A DNA stretch of 64,000 bases from positions 1 through 64,000 of the forward strand of contig KZ538336.1 of NCBI GenBank assembly GCA_000934665.2. Reading direction: 5' to 3'. Position numbers and translations under genes: made by a program. The notes beneath the pieces are model-generated. The model was not told where the DNA came from. It searched no databases and saw nothing but the letters and a program-made list of their open reading frames with translations. This DNA comes from Catajapyx aquilonaris. Its lineage: Eukaryota. Numbering within the stretch: the first letter of the stretch is position 1; each line of letters starts with the position of its first letter. Below are positions 11,401-23,813 of this stretch, piece after piece.

Positions 11401-14400
11401 TGATGCTCTGCACACTTCCCTGGAAGTTCTTGTGCAGGAGTCGAAGAATCCTTTCCTTCGTGGGCTGTTTGAGGCAAGTGACAGCCAGCAAAAGGGGAAG
11501 CTCGTATTCATCAGTGTTGGTTCCAAGTTTAGGACCCAGCTCACTGGTCTTATGGACAAACTCAAGGCCACTGTAAGTTGATTACCCAGTGCAACAGTTC
11601 GAATAATGGTGCATTAGTATGGTAGATACTTCATATGCGTTTCTCTTTAGGGTACCAATTTCATCCGGTGCATTAAGCCAAACCAAAAGATGGTGTCGCA
11701 AAACTTTGAAGGTGCCCAGATCCTGTCCCAGCTGCAATGCTCAGGGATGACAGCCGTCCTGGAGCTCATGCAGCAGGGCTACCCATCCCGCACCTCGTTT
11801 GCTTCATTGTACGACATGTACCGCCGCTACTTGCCGCCAGAGCTTATGAGGCTTGATCCTCGCCTCTTCTGCAAGTCACTCTTTAAGGCGCTTGGGTTAA
11901 ACGAGCACGACTTCAAGTTTGGCTTGACAAAGGTCTTCTTCCGTCCTGGAAAGTTCGGGGAGTTTGACCAGATGATGAAGTCGGATCCGGACAACCTGGC
12001 CCTTCTGGTTAAGAAGGTCAAGCACTGGCTGCTGCAGTCGAGGTGGAAAAAGGCCCAGTGGTGCGCCTTGTCTGTCATCAAGTGTGAGTATATGCTTGCT
12101 TGGTCTTAGCTCGCGATAGCAATGTAATTATTGTCTTTCCCTTTCCATTAGTGAAATACAAGATACTGTACCGCAAGGAATGCATTGTGAAGGTCCAGTC
12201 ATGCATCCGCATGTACCTGGCAAAGAAGCAACATCGTCCGCGGTACACCATGATCCGCAAGATCAAGAGCCTGGAGGTCTCTGTGAACCAAATGAGCGGG
12301 ATGATCTCGCAACTGAAGAAGGACAAGGAAACGAGCCAAAAGGAGGTTAAGAAGTTGCAGGATGGAATCACGGCTGGTATCAGGAGCATTAAGGTATGCT
12401 TCTGGCAGCTTTCGTGTTTTTGTTATGGATGGTACAGCAACTGTGTGGATGAACTAAAATTTTAGTGAACAATGATTTCTGCTGATTTAACGCCAATGAC
12501 AAAGCATCTCTGCAATGCCTCTCATTACATGTCTGTTCTGCAGATGCAATTGAAAATGGTACGTATGGTACAAAAATGGATTTTGTCGTCATTGACACAG
12601 TTCTTTTCTTTCAAAAACGTTTCTTGCAACTGTTGTAATTCGTGATGGTTCTCCTGAAGTAGTGTTGAAGTCCGCAATGATTGATTTCTCAAGTTCACAA
12701 ACAACCTTTATAAGTCCAAGGGCAGGTTGTAAGATTGATTATGGAAAAATCACCGCCCTTCTGCATTCGTTACCTTTGTTAGGCTCTGTTTTCCTGCTTC
12801 CTTTATAATCACGGAGAGGGAAGTTTGTGTAGATTGCATTAATCAATTGCTGTTACTGTTTGTTGTTCTAATTCTAGACCAATGCAAAGCTGCCGGCAGC
12901 AGAGATCGAGAAACTGTACGCTGAGCTGGTGAGCCAGGCAAACGGTCAACTTTCAACGCTGAAGAAACGTTTGGAGCAGCAAAAGACAGCAGAGGAGACT
13001 GAGCGTTTGCGTCGCATCCAAGAGGAAATGGATCGTGAGCGCAAGAGGAAGGAGGAGGAGGAGCGTGTGAAGAGAGAGGAGGAAGAAGCAAGGAAGAAGA
13101 GGGCAGAAATGGAGGCACGGAGGAGGGAGGAGGAGGAAGCAAGGAAGAAGCAGGAGGAGGCGGACAGGCGGGCTGCTGAAAAGCTGCAGGCTGAGATGCA
13201 GAAACAGGCTCTGGAGGATTCAAAGGTGCGAGAGCAGATGGAGCAGGAGAGGAGAGACCATGAGTTGGCCCTCAGGCTGGCGGAGGAGACCAATTCACAG
13301 GTTGATGACATCAGCACCCCGCAAATGAGAAGGTGTGTGTACGATCTGTTTGCCTTTTGCTGAACAAAATGTGTCGGAGCTTAATTTGTATTCATGATCG
13401 CTCGTTCATTTGTGTAGGGCTGAGAGCAGGGCCCAATCGTCCAAGTCTGCCAAGCATGACTTATCCAAGTGGAAGTATTCGCAGCTGCGAGATGCCATCA
13501 ACACTTCCTGCGACATAGAGTTGCTTGAGGTAAGGTTAAATACTAATGCTACCGCAATATCCCATCGTCTATAAACCAAAGTGTGAACGAACCCCATCTT
13601 CCCTCATTCTAGTCATGCCGTGAAGAATTTCACCGTCGACTGCGTGTATACCATGCCTGGAAGGCACGCAACAAGAAGCGTTCAACCATGGATGATGATC
13701 AGAGGGCTCCTAGATCAGTTTTGGAGGCAGCTTCGAGGGCGCAGCACCCAATGGTCCATGCCCAGCAGCAGCAACAGCAACAGGGCAACGGGCCAAAAGT
13801 GGACACCCAGAGGTTCTTCCGCATTCCGTTTGTTCGTCCAGCTGACCAGCACAGGGAGCCGCCGTCTGGTGGTGGGCAGCAGCAGGGGGCAAAGAGGGGT
13901 TGGTGGTACGCGCACTTTGACGGGGAATGGATTGCTCGGCAGATGGAATTGCATCCAGACAAGGAGCCTGTGCTGTTAGTCGCAGGTAAACACTATTTTT
14001 ATGAATGAATAATGAATCACTGAATAGTTTGCCGGAAGCGTGGATCAGTAGCATTGACTTATGTTATACTGGCTTTCAAAAATTTGCTGTGCAATAATTA
14101 TGCTATTTATTATAAATTATTGTAAATGTCAGATCCATGCAGATTGACGTTTGAGCCGTACATGCGACAAACTAATTTTTCGAATGCGTCATACTTTCAG
14201 ATATTTTTTCAATGAGATAACATTTTGACCATTTTAATCTCTTTTCATGTGCAGGAGATTAGTTCTCCTGCGATAATTAAATGATGTCATGATCTGAAGG
14301 ATTTTTCAAAATCAGGCATTTAACCCATGTCAATATGATGTTTCACATGGATAAAAGTAACATGAGCTAGAAGTGTAAAGACCTTTCGTCCTTCACCTTA

Positions 14401-14813
14401 GTTGTATCTGTGCATCAAGTTTAATTCTGTCTCCGCCTGGGTCACTTGCACATGACCCCCACATCCATTCAGCTTACATAAATAACATAAGTAATATCTT
14501 GGTAATATGCACATAATTTGAACCAAGTTGAAACATAATGCGAGGTCAAATCAAAGGTTATATCTACCTGCATACGAATGATTCTGCAAGAGAGTCATTT
14601 GCATTTTCAATTCTATTTTTCGATGCAATACAATTATCGTGCTGGTGTTTTCTGCTTGCAGGTCGTGATGACATGCAAATGTGTGAACTGAGCCTGAACG
14701 AGACTGGACTGACCAGAAAGCGAGGGGCTGAAATCCTGGAGCAAGAGTTCAACAAAGAGTGGGTCAAGTACGGTGGAACTCCGTATTCCCGTCCCAACGA
14801 GAGGAAGAAGTGA
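8440..14813 (+). CDS. MYO6: Unconventional myosin VI (jaguar/95F ortholog), multi-exon
   Basis: [11 protein letters not shown] start, P-loop [57 protein letters not shown]-rich SAH region, [34 protein letters not shown] (RRL motif), [20 protein letters not shown] (WWY motif) and [24 protein letters not shown]. Confidence 0.97.
10447..10736. mobile_element. Non-autonomous DNA transposon (MITE) in a myosin VI intron; P-element-like or hAT-like
   Basis: About 45-bp TIRs (CAAAGAGTTCTGCTAT...ACCTAGAGGAGGTACTC and its reverse complement). Exact 8-bp TSD TGTTCAGG at 10439-10446 and 10737-10744. Two internal copies of CAACAATATGACCTCCAACAAGATGGCGG. Confidence 0.88.
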
Positions 14814-17800
14814 GAAGGACTTGTGTGAAATGAAAGGGGGCGATGCTTAGTAAGTGGGCACACATCTTAGCGCTTTAGTAATATGCAAATCACACTTCCT
14901 TTTTTTACACATGCTACAGGAGAAGGTCTTCCGAAGAAAAGAAAAAAATGTTGGTAGAGGTTAGATTCAGGGCTCCGGTGCCTTAATTACCTGACGAAAC
15001 TATGCTAGAAAATTTTTATAGTGCCTTCCAAAACACTTCGACTATGCATTCCCTATGCATTTTATATCCGGTGAGGCTTCACATTCCGTGCAAGTATTTA
15101 TATAAGAAGGAATTTTTAAGTATTTGAATGCACTCCTAGAGAGAAAGAGAGAATAATTTTTAAATGTATTTAACTTTGATAATGCAGCCACAATCAGTAT
15201 TTATTTTTTTAGAGAATGATAGCTTTTTTTGGGGGGGGCTTTTGACCACTTTTAAATGGTGCGTGCAACAGGCTTTGTGGGGGTTCCCAGCTGTGTCGGT
15301 GCAGCATTTTATTTTACACATATGGTATTATGTGATTTATTCCAGTTTTACGTATGAATGAAGTGAGTTTCCAGTATAATAAAGAAAGTGAAAGCATTGT
15401 CGACTCTTCATTGACCATCAGCCTTCCCCTTTCATCCAGGGAAACCATACGGATAATATATTAACCCCCTGCTCGAAAGAATCTATAGTGTGTGTGACTG
15501 CCAGAGAGTAAGAAACCTTAGGAGTACATGGCGACCGTAGAATTGTTACTAGGTCATCCTATGCAATTTTTATAGTTGTATTTTCCGGTATGAGCTGGAT
15601 CTAAGTTGCAACACTGTTTAGGTAGTACAGTATGGGAAAAAACAAGAGTTGTATTCCTGCAAACAGTGCTTGTGTCCAAGTTGATTCGTGAAAGCTTGGG
15701 GCTGTATGCAAGGATGTGTTTTCCAGTAGTGTACTGTACAGTGTATGTCACATAAAAACTACTTTTGTTCGGTCGTTGTTGTCATATTTAATGTGCCTGC
15801 CTTTTGTGTAGAATTCGGATGGAAGCGGTGAATGAACTTGCTTCGGTTCATTAGTCCTAACCCACCTTATTTACATGTTTGCACCTGAGTGACTATGTTA
15901 GTTTTAATCAGAACTGACCTACCTGATCATTAATGTGCACTTTTAGTTCAAAAAAATAATTGGTTGTAAGAAGCCATGCCCATGAGGCGGAATGAAAAAG
16001 GTCCGGCCTTTTGAAAGCGTCTTTTGTTGCTCCAGTGTCTCAAAATGCCAGTAACCTTTTGCAAAAATAATAAAAAACTCCCCATTCATTCCTCCGCCAT
16101 CAAATCAGGGCATCTCGTCGCTCCTTGGTGATGCCCTTGACCCTCAAAAGAATATATTGGATTGCCAATTATTTCGAAGAACTGATACCATACGCCTTCT
16201 GTCCTACACTGTTCATTTCTCAGAATCAAGGTGGTAGCGCAAAAGGCAGACAATTAATAAAATGCGACCACAGTTACATTATTAATATTGCAGATTGCGG
16301 TACTGACCTCATCTACGTTCAAACAAGAATGTAGTTGTTCCTGTAATTAAACTTGTTGCATTTGTAATCTAGTTACAATTAATGTTGCAGATTGCGGTAC
16401 TGACTTATGTTCAAAGAAGAAGGTGCAATAATGCCATTGTTCCTTTACTTTAACGAGTTGCGTCAACCCTTTCTGATAGACTTTTGCCTTTCAGTAAAGC
16501 CCATTGGAACAAATCCCACACACCTTTTTTTTTCCAACAATAGTAAATTGACGCACATCTCCCCCCCCCCCCNNNCCCTACTGAAAAAAAAGTCAGAACA
16601 AAGCAATTTGAGGTCCAAATATAATGTTAAAAAAAAATAAAAAGGTGTCTCTTGGCCCCTATTTGGATGCCCTTTCTTGTTAAGGTGACCGGAAACTCTC
16701 GGATATAAAGAACCATCCATGTCTACCCAGAATGGCGAAAGTCCTGTCCATTGTCCCCCTTCAATATCCCCCTTAAGTGGACACTGTCACCTTCCAGGAC
16801 ATGTTTTGGCAGTGCGATTAATATCAGTCTCGTCACTTTATTTTTCTCTCTTTTTGCTCCCTGGTTATATCGACAATCGACCTTTTTGTCTTAATAAGGC
16901 TTGTTTGCGACCGCAACAATGGGCTTGTTTTGTTCCCTTTTCCCTGAAGGTAATTGGTCAGCAGCACCAAGCCTCAATTTCATTATCGACAAGCCCTTTC
17001 GACACTAAGGAATTTCCTATAGAAGATTTTACGGTGTAACAACATATACGCAAAAATATGTAATATGCTTTATTTAATTTATTATTGGATCTAAATCCGT
17101 CTCCTTTGAACTTTATCTTCCGGGTTGGCTTTTTTTAATATATAAATTTTTTTCTAATTTAAATGCTTGGCGGCGTCAGTTGAAGCAACGGGAAATCGAT
17201 TTCTTGGAATCCTTATATATGTTTTTGCAATTTGGCACAGGGAGTTTTCATTGCGAATAAAGTGAGAGTTTGCATTATTGCCTCTTCTTGCTTGCTCCCA
17301 CGTCCTTTTCCTCCTCCCCCCCACGTCTTTTCCTAATGGCTAGAAATGGGGGCAAATAATAATCTAACTAAGGGGCTCACCACAAAGGGGAACCTGTTGT
17401 TTTAATAGAGTTCGGCCATCGCATGAGAGGTCAAGTTATTTTGGGTCACAAAAGACGGGTTCAAGCTTTGGTTCACACAATTATTAGCATATAAAATCGC
17501 ATTATTTTTTTTTGAGCGAACTTGTCACTCGCTTCCTATTTATAAATACAAAAATTGATACTGTATATTATTGAAATATTGTGACAGAAGTGTGTCGGTC
17601 TCCTTCATATCACGTCACGGTAAATATAGCAAGACAGCTTCTGATCGATTTTTTTTCTCATTCGTGTGACATGAGAGCAAACAGGTTCCCGGAAATCCAA
17701 ATTATTACAAACAGTATCAAAAGATGAAGATCGATTATTTTTTAATTCTAATATTAATATGGGAACAGTAGGTCAAGAGTTGTCACCGGATATTGACAAG

Positions 17801-18789
17801 ACAACCTGGATTGAACTTGTCTGATGCAACCGCGGACTCTTTGAACTGAGATTAATTAATTTTTTTGACATTTTTTAAGAACCTGTGGATAATACCACGT
17901 GTCTCTCAAAGTTCAGTGGGAGGAAAAAAAAAGATAGATATAATATTATAGAAAAGTGATTAAACGTCTGGGTTTATATTGAGGTTTATGAATCACCCTG
18001 TTTACATCACGATTATTATTATTGCATCATTTACTATATAGATGGAGTATGACTAACCGCGTATTATGCTCCCCAAAATGATAACGGAACGTTTAAATCG
18101 CACAGGGTGTTTCATAATAATTTTTGATATAAAGTGGCTTATAACATAGTAACTGACCACTCTAAAATGTATATATTTAACCGTGGCAGTGCATCAGGAG
18201 CTCTGTATAATTGAAATGTAATGTGTACAGGACCTGATGCATGTTGAATAATTAGTAATGACCTACAGACTGTCGACCTTTCCATATATATATATATTTT
18301 TTTAAATCGGATATTTCTATTAAAAACGACGAAGCTACATCCTGAACCGCCACTCAATCAATCGCAATCTTTTGCCTATAAGTTCAAGGATAGCGCAAGT
18401 CGCATTTTGACCAGTTATGAAACTCTGAAACGGTCCTCCATGAATGAACGTAGATAAAAATAGCGTCACATATCCGGCATGGCTATAAGTAATATGGCCC
18501 ATCAGCATACTAGAAGAAGAAAAAAAAGATGGGCATGTGTACTATTACATCATATAGACTCCAAATCCTTGTACTATAATGTAGCCGTATTGTAACCACG
18601 TGTCACATAGGATAAAATGGAGCCATTTATTGTCAACGTAATTGCCAGATTTTTAAAGCAATTTAAATAATAATTATGGCATGTAACAACATTATGTACA
18701 TGCCATTTTATTTAGACTTGAGACTTTTTTTAAAAAAGACTTGCTGCTATAAAATTAATATTGTTCAGCCCACACCTGTTGCACCAATA

Positions 18790-19030
18790 ATGAAAAAATA
18801 ATATATTAATATAAGTATCATAAAATAAAATATGTGAAATATGCATAAATTCATAAGTAATATTAATATAATATTAATATATGTGAAATATGCACACACA
18901 CAAATGCATAAGTAATATACAATCATATAGTATAATATGAAATAGGCATAACTGCATAAGTAATATACATATAATATAACAAATGAAATAATAATAATAT
19001 AAAATATAACTATACTATAACATAAAATAA
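18790..19030. repeat. AT-rich low-complexity tract
   Basis: Almost entirely A/T with recurring ATGCATAAGTAATATA-like words. Confidence 0.6.
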
Positions 19031-19539
19031 TTTGTGTCTCCTCTTTCATACAGAATGTAAGTAAACAATAATTATGACATTTCTTCTAACTAATACCGGA
19101 CAAAACTTTTATATGACTTCATACATCATTATCTGATTGAAGGACTAAATGCTGTCTAGTCCAACCATTACATAATCGTTTAAAACCCACACCTAATCCG
19201 CTATTGGCAAATTCCCGTCAAGAAATCTGCACATTGCTCAAAAAAATTAACTGACGCACGGCTGTCAATCCAAAAAATAAAAAAGAGGCGATGCCATCAT
19301 CCTTTGCGTCTTTTTTGACCCCCTCCCCACCAAAGCCTCCTCCCAATATAAAAACCCACGCTTTTTTTTCTTTTTTTAAAAGTAGCCTAGATTACGTGCC
19401 GATAGATGGGCAAACTATATAGACGACATATATAGAGTTGCGCGAGGTAGAAACGGAGGCAGTCGCTTCCGGGACACCGCGTGTGGAGGACGTGTCTCTT
19501 ATAATATATTCGGTTTTGACCCTTAAGAAGTGGTGGACA

Positions 19540-22500
19540 ATGTGGTCAGTTTGGATCAGCTTAGCCGTGGTCGGGGTCGTGTCCAGCATACCTCTTGTCC
19601 AGAACTTGTATCCGAGTGTTGAGTTGGAAGGTCCGGTTGTTCCTCATCAGGATAGGTTCGACCCTTTCTGGTTAGACTTGGACGAGGATGATGAACCGGA
19701 CAGCAGCAGGGACAATAATGTCCGAGAGATGCTGTTCGTATCGGACGGGAAGAAAACTGTGAAGAAGAAGAAGCCATGGAGGTCATCAAGGGGTGTCAGA
19801 CACGTGGAGGACATTCTTCAGGACATGAAGGCGGTCGCAGCAGCAGCAGCATCGGAGATACCCGACGAACCCAAGAAGTCCAGGGTTGAAAAGCGCTACC
19901 CACCACATCTGGACCCATACAACCAATACAAATTCTGGATGAGATCTGGAGGTTAGTATTTGCACATTAGGAGTTAACTATAAGAACCGGTTTGAACTAT
20001 ATTCACACACAAAAAAGACCAAAGAAAGGTTCGGTTTTTGTACATCAATCGGACCTAACTGGCCCATTATAGGTGTGTTTATACGTTAAAATGTCAGGAT
20101 GTAACAATTAGATGATAAAGTCCGGTTTTAGCGACATTCAGATTTGTTTACGTTCTTATCTACTTGTTGTCTCAGATGAACCATTTGAATAAAAAATAAT
20201 AATTTCGTCCCGTACTTGGCAGCATTGGGTATACAGTATCATCGAAGCAACAAGTGAACGGTTTTTCTGCCAATTTTTAGCGTATCAGTTTTTGGCAGGA
20301 TTTTCAGCGTGGGCGTCATTCATCCTTTTAATTTTATCCAGGGTTCTATACTCAGTGAGTAAAAGAAAGTGTGAGGTTTAACAGGGTCAAAGGGCGATCC
20401 ATTTAGCGCGGAACCGGATCCATATGATGTACCGCAACAAAGGAAGCGGTACTAAGCTTTAAAATTTACTACCCAGAACAGATAGAACTCAAGCAAAGAC
20501 TCGGCTATACACATTCCCCCCCCCCCCCTCCCCAGGCAGCATACTAATTAATTTTCCTTAATAAACAAGTTGCACCGTAATTTGCATGCTCGGCATATTT
20601 TGTGGCTGTGAATCTTGGCAGTATTGTTGACAAAGTGCAATGAAATGTACGCTATATCCATTTTGCATTGAAATTATCTGAGACTAAATTAATATGAGAT
20701 ATAATAATATTTGCGTGACATTTCCTGTAGGAAAGAGTAAAGGTTTGGCCTACATATCAGGAGGTAGCCATTATTAGTCCCTTTTTTAAAAAAAAGCCTT
20801 ACATTTAAAACCAACAACTGCTTTATATATGTAAATAAAAAATAATATTAATTTTCTTTAACGTATACCATTTTTGACAACTGAACCAAATTTGCTTATT
20901 AATTTGAAATATTAATTACGAATGATATTATGGAACAATATTTGTCTGCTGACGTGGCGACTTTTAATAAACCCATGTATATCGAGTCCTCCCCCGGAAG
21001 ATTGATGACATCTGGGCTCCCCAGGAACACTGGAAGCTTCACTGGACATTGCCCTTTGACTGTATTTGATTAGCACAAAACCCCATTTCCTGTAATTAGT
21101 AATATGAAGAGTTGTCTGCCCAAACCCTCCCCACAAGGAGAAGGGGGGTGAAAATCCGGGGATTTAATATAAGAAAAACCCGGGTCAATATACCTTTTGC
21201 GGTAATATCCTGGTGTAATTAACACCAGTTAATTGAATCCAGAATTTGACGTGCTTCGTCAAACTTATAGATTTTTCTCTTTCTTCTTACTAACTGTTTG
21301 CAGTTCCGATTTTTTTTTAAACTTAAGAAAATCTTCGGATAATGTCCTGAGGGGATGATTGGGATCAATTTTCTTCCAACTAGATTTTTCCTGCCTTAAG
21401 GTCAGTTTATCTGAGCTGAGTGGTGAACAAACAATGAAAAAAAAAAATTACTCCCACATTGTTTCTACGAAAGGTGGCGCGGAGGGCTTTAAAGTAATTA
21501 TGGCCTGTCATCGCCCACCTGTGATGCCAATTAAGAGGCCAGTGATATTGAAGTTTGTTGAGTACCAGGTGTTGCTTTCATCTAAAATCCTTTCATGATT
21601 ATAGTTACGCTGATAAGATGCAAAATTACGTCACTTGAATGATTTATTTCCGGATGTACTTATTCAATAGATGGCTTCAATTATTTTAATTTCTTTGGTT
21701 AATGAGAGGCTCAATTATTTGCAGATTAATCACTATAAGATGTATTCGAAGGGTGCCAGCAATTTTTTTCTTTTCGTTTTCATGACACTAAGGAATGCCA
21801 GGGTATCAAATATTTCTCATACCAACTTACTGTAACCTGCGACCAAAGAAGGAAGTGTTTTGTCTCCATCTCTTTTGTTGCTCTGCAAGAATCAATAAGG
21901 TAGCATCATAGACAGAAAAAGAGACAGATACACCAATGCTTTAATTGGTACTATAGCCCATAGCTGGATGGGACTATAAAAATGGTGCTGGATCTGAAAA
22001 CATAGTATCAAGCCAATATTATGAAGCCCCACAATTTTTTTTTTGCGAAATGGGAAACCACTAAAAAAGCAGTTAATTACTGGAACTAGGTCACACTTAG
22101 AAGTTGCGAATATTTATTTTTAGTCAGCAGTTATTTCCAGTGGCAATATTAGCTTGTTAATATTAGATTTTAGCCAACAACTTGTTGGAACTAAACAACA
22201 CGTCAAAAAAAAAGACATACAATTTGCGCCCAAAAAACCACGTATCTTCCCCCCCCCCCNNNNNNNNNNNNNNNNNNNNNNNNNNNNNNNNNNNNNNNNN
22301 NNNNNNNNNNNNNNNNNNNNNNNNNNNNNNNNNNNNNNNNNNNNNNNNNNNNNNNNNNNNNNNNNNNNNNNNNNNNNNNNNNNNNNNNNNNNNNGCAACA
22401 TTGGAAGCTGTGATAAAGAATAGGTCAAGATCAACATTCGTAGAAAACGGATGCTGATTACATCTCATTAGTATGTCTACTAAATGATTGACATATACTA

Positions 22501-23813
22501 ATAAGAGGGTTGAATAGTCTAAAAATGTATAGGTAATGTGCAAAATGTTATTTCTTTTGTATGTTGCTCAATTGGCGAGGGATAAAAAATTCGCCCACGT
22601 TGAATCCTCAAGGGTGTGCCAACCCTGCAATTTTGCGAAATTTGCTTTGTCCGTGATGACACCTCAGGCGTCCAATTTGAACTCCTGAGGGAGCAACAAT
22701 CCGATTGATCCCCTATTGTTTATCTTTTCTTCTTCTTCTTTTTTTTTCTTTTCTCTCTGCTGATTTGTTCCCAGAATGCCCGTCAGCTGAGGATGGGCAG
22801 CAGGAGTTCTTCTGTCCTTCACCAGACGCTGACGACAAGTGGCAATGCATCGACGACTATCAACTTTGCGACGGAATGCGTAATTGCCCTAATGGCGAAG
22901 ACGAATTGCCTATCCACTGCCTCTTCTACAGGGTGGTAAGTTTGTGGATTTATATAGCCTATACATGGAAGGAAACTTTGAGGCATATGGATGGAGATAA
23001 GGCACGATCTTTGTTGAGGATGTGTACATTTTGGCAAAATAATACTATAGACAGGGAGCATATACTACATAAGAGGCGCAAACATTCGATTTACGCGTCT
23101 CTCTGTTTGGGGCGTTGCCAAGGCTGGCGGCCATTTTGAAGTGTGGGGAACGCCAACGAGGTATAAATAGGGTACAGGCAAAAATCTGGTCCGCCATCTT
23201 TGATTCGCGTGTGTTCTTGCCGTGTAGTTAGTTGCCATGGCCGCCAAAACCATCACCTATTTTTGCCTGTACCCTATTATAATACCTCGTTGGCGTTGCC
23301 CACACTTCAAAATGGCCGCCAGCCTCAGCAACAGTCCCCAAACAGAGAGGCGCGGACATCAAAGGCTCCGACAGAAGTTTGCGCCTCTTATGCTCCCTGC
23401 TATAGACAAGTCTCCTAAGGATATGCCAAAAGAACTGCCAATCTTAGAGAGGCTCTATAGTGAGAGAATCGCCAACTTGTGACGTCAGGTCGTATCTGAT
23501 TGGCTGGAGGCAGGAGCCAATCAGAGTCGACCGTGACGTCAGAGCCGGCCACTATTTCCATAGCAACGCAAGATGGCGGCCTCCATAGGACACTAATTAA
23601 CTCCAGCCAATCAGGACGTGACGTCAAAAGTTGGCAACTCTTTCCCTCGAGGCGCTCTAGTCCATCTAAGTGATATTGTTGTCTTGCATTACATGTGCCA
23701 TATCCGATAGTGTGAACCTGACTTAACACAAACTTTTTTTTTTCCAGATACAGTCTCACATAAACGTGCTGACAGGACGAATAATGGCCAACTCTCGTGT
23801 TAGAGAAGGATAG
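19540..23813 (+). CDS. jeb: Jelly belly (Jeb)/HEN-1-like secreted LDL-receptor class A protein, putative ALK ligand. Exons 19540-19951, 22775-22935, 23748-23813 (about 212 aa)
   Basis: Signal-peptide-like MWSVWISLAVVGVVSS. C-terminal ECPSAEDGQQEFFCPSPDADDKWQCIDDYQLCDGMRNCPNGEDELPIHCLFYRV|IQSHINVL resembles, as I recall it, the Jeb C-terminus (FxCPxPD...CIDD..LCDG..CP.GEDE...C.FY....HLxVL). Junctions are phase 1 and phase 0. The N-gap in intron 1 could hide sequence. Confidence 0.72.
22260..22394. other. Assembly gap (run of N)
   Basis: Run of n bases directly after a poly-C tract. Confidence 0.99.
23052..23399. mobile_element. MITE with nested inverted repeats in jeb-like intron 2; P-element-like ends
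   Basis: Ends CAGGGAGCATA / TATGCTCCCTG are flanked by the 7-bp duplication CTATAGA (23045-23051, 23400-23406). CATAAGAGGCGCAAAC is also inverted. An internal inverted pair of about 60 bp lies at 23127-23186 / 23260-23320. Confidence 0.8.
23445..23659. mobile_element. Older hAT-like MITE (imperfect long inverted repeat) adjacent to the previous element
   Basis: GCCAACTTGTGACGTCA...CTGATTGGCTGGAG is inverted as CTCCAGCCAATCAGG...TGACGTCAAAAGTTGGC. Ends are TAGAG/CTCTA, and the flanks GCCAATCT vs GTCCATCT match 6/8. Confidence 0.55.

Noticed and set aside
22120..22543. ORFs spanning the N run
   Set aside because: Artefacts of the assembly gap.
22775..22935. Prohormone-4 / IDLSRF neuropeptide precursor
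   Set aside because: No IDLSRF peptide is present, and the LDL-A spacing plus the CxFY...HxxVL tail fit Jeb better.
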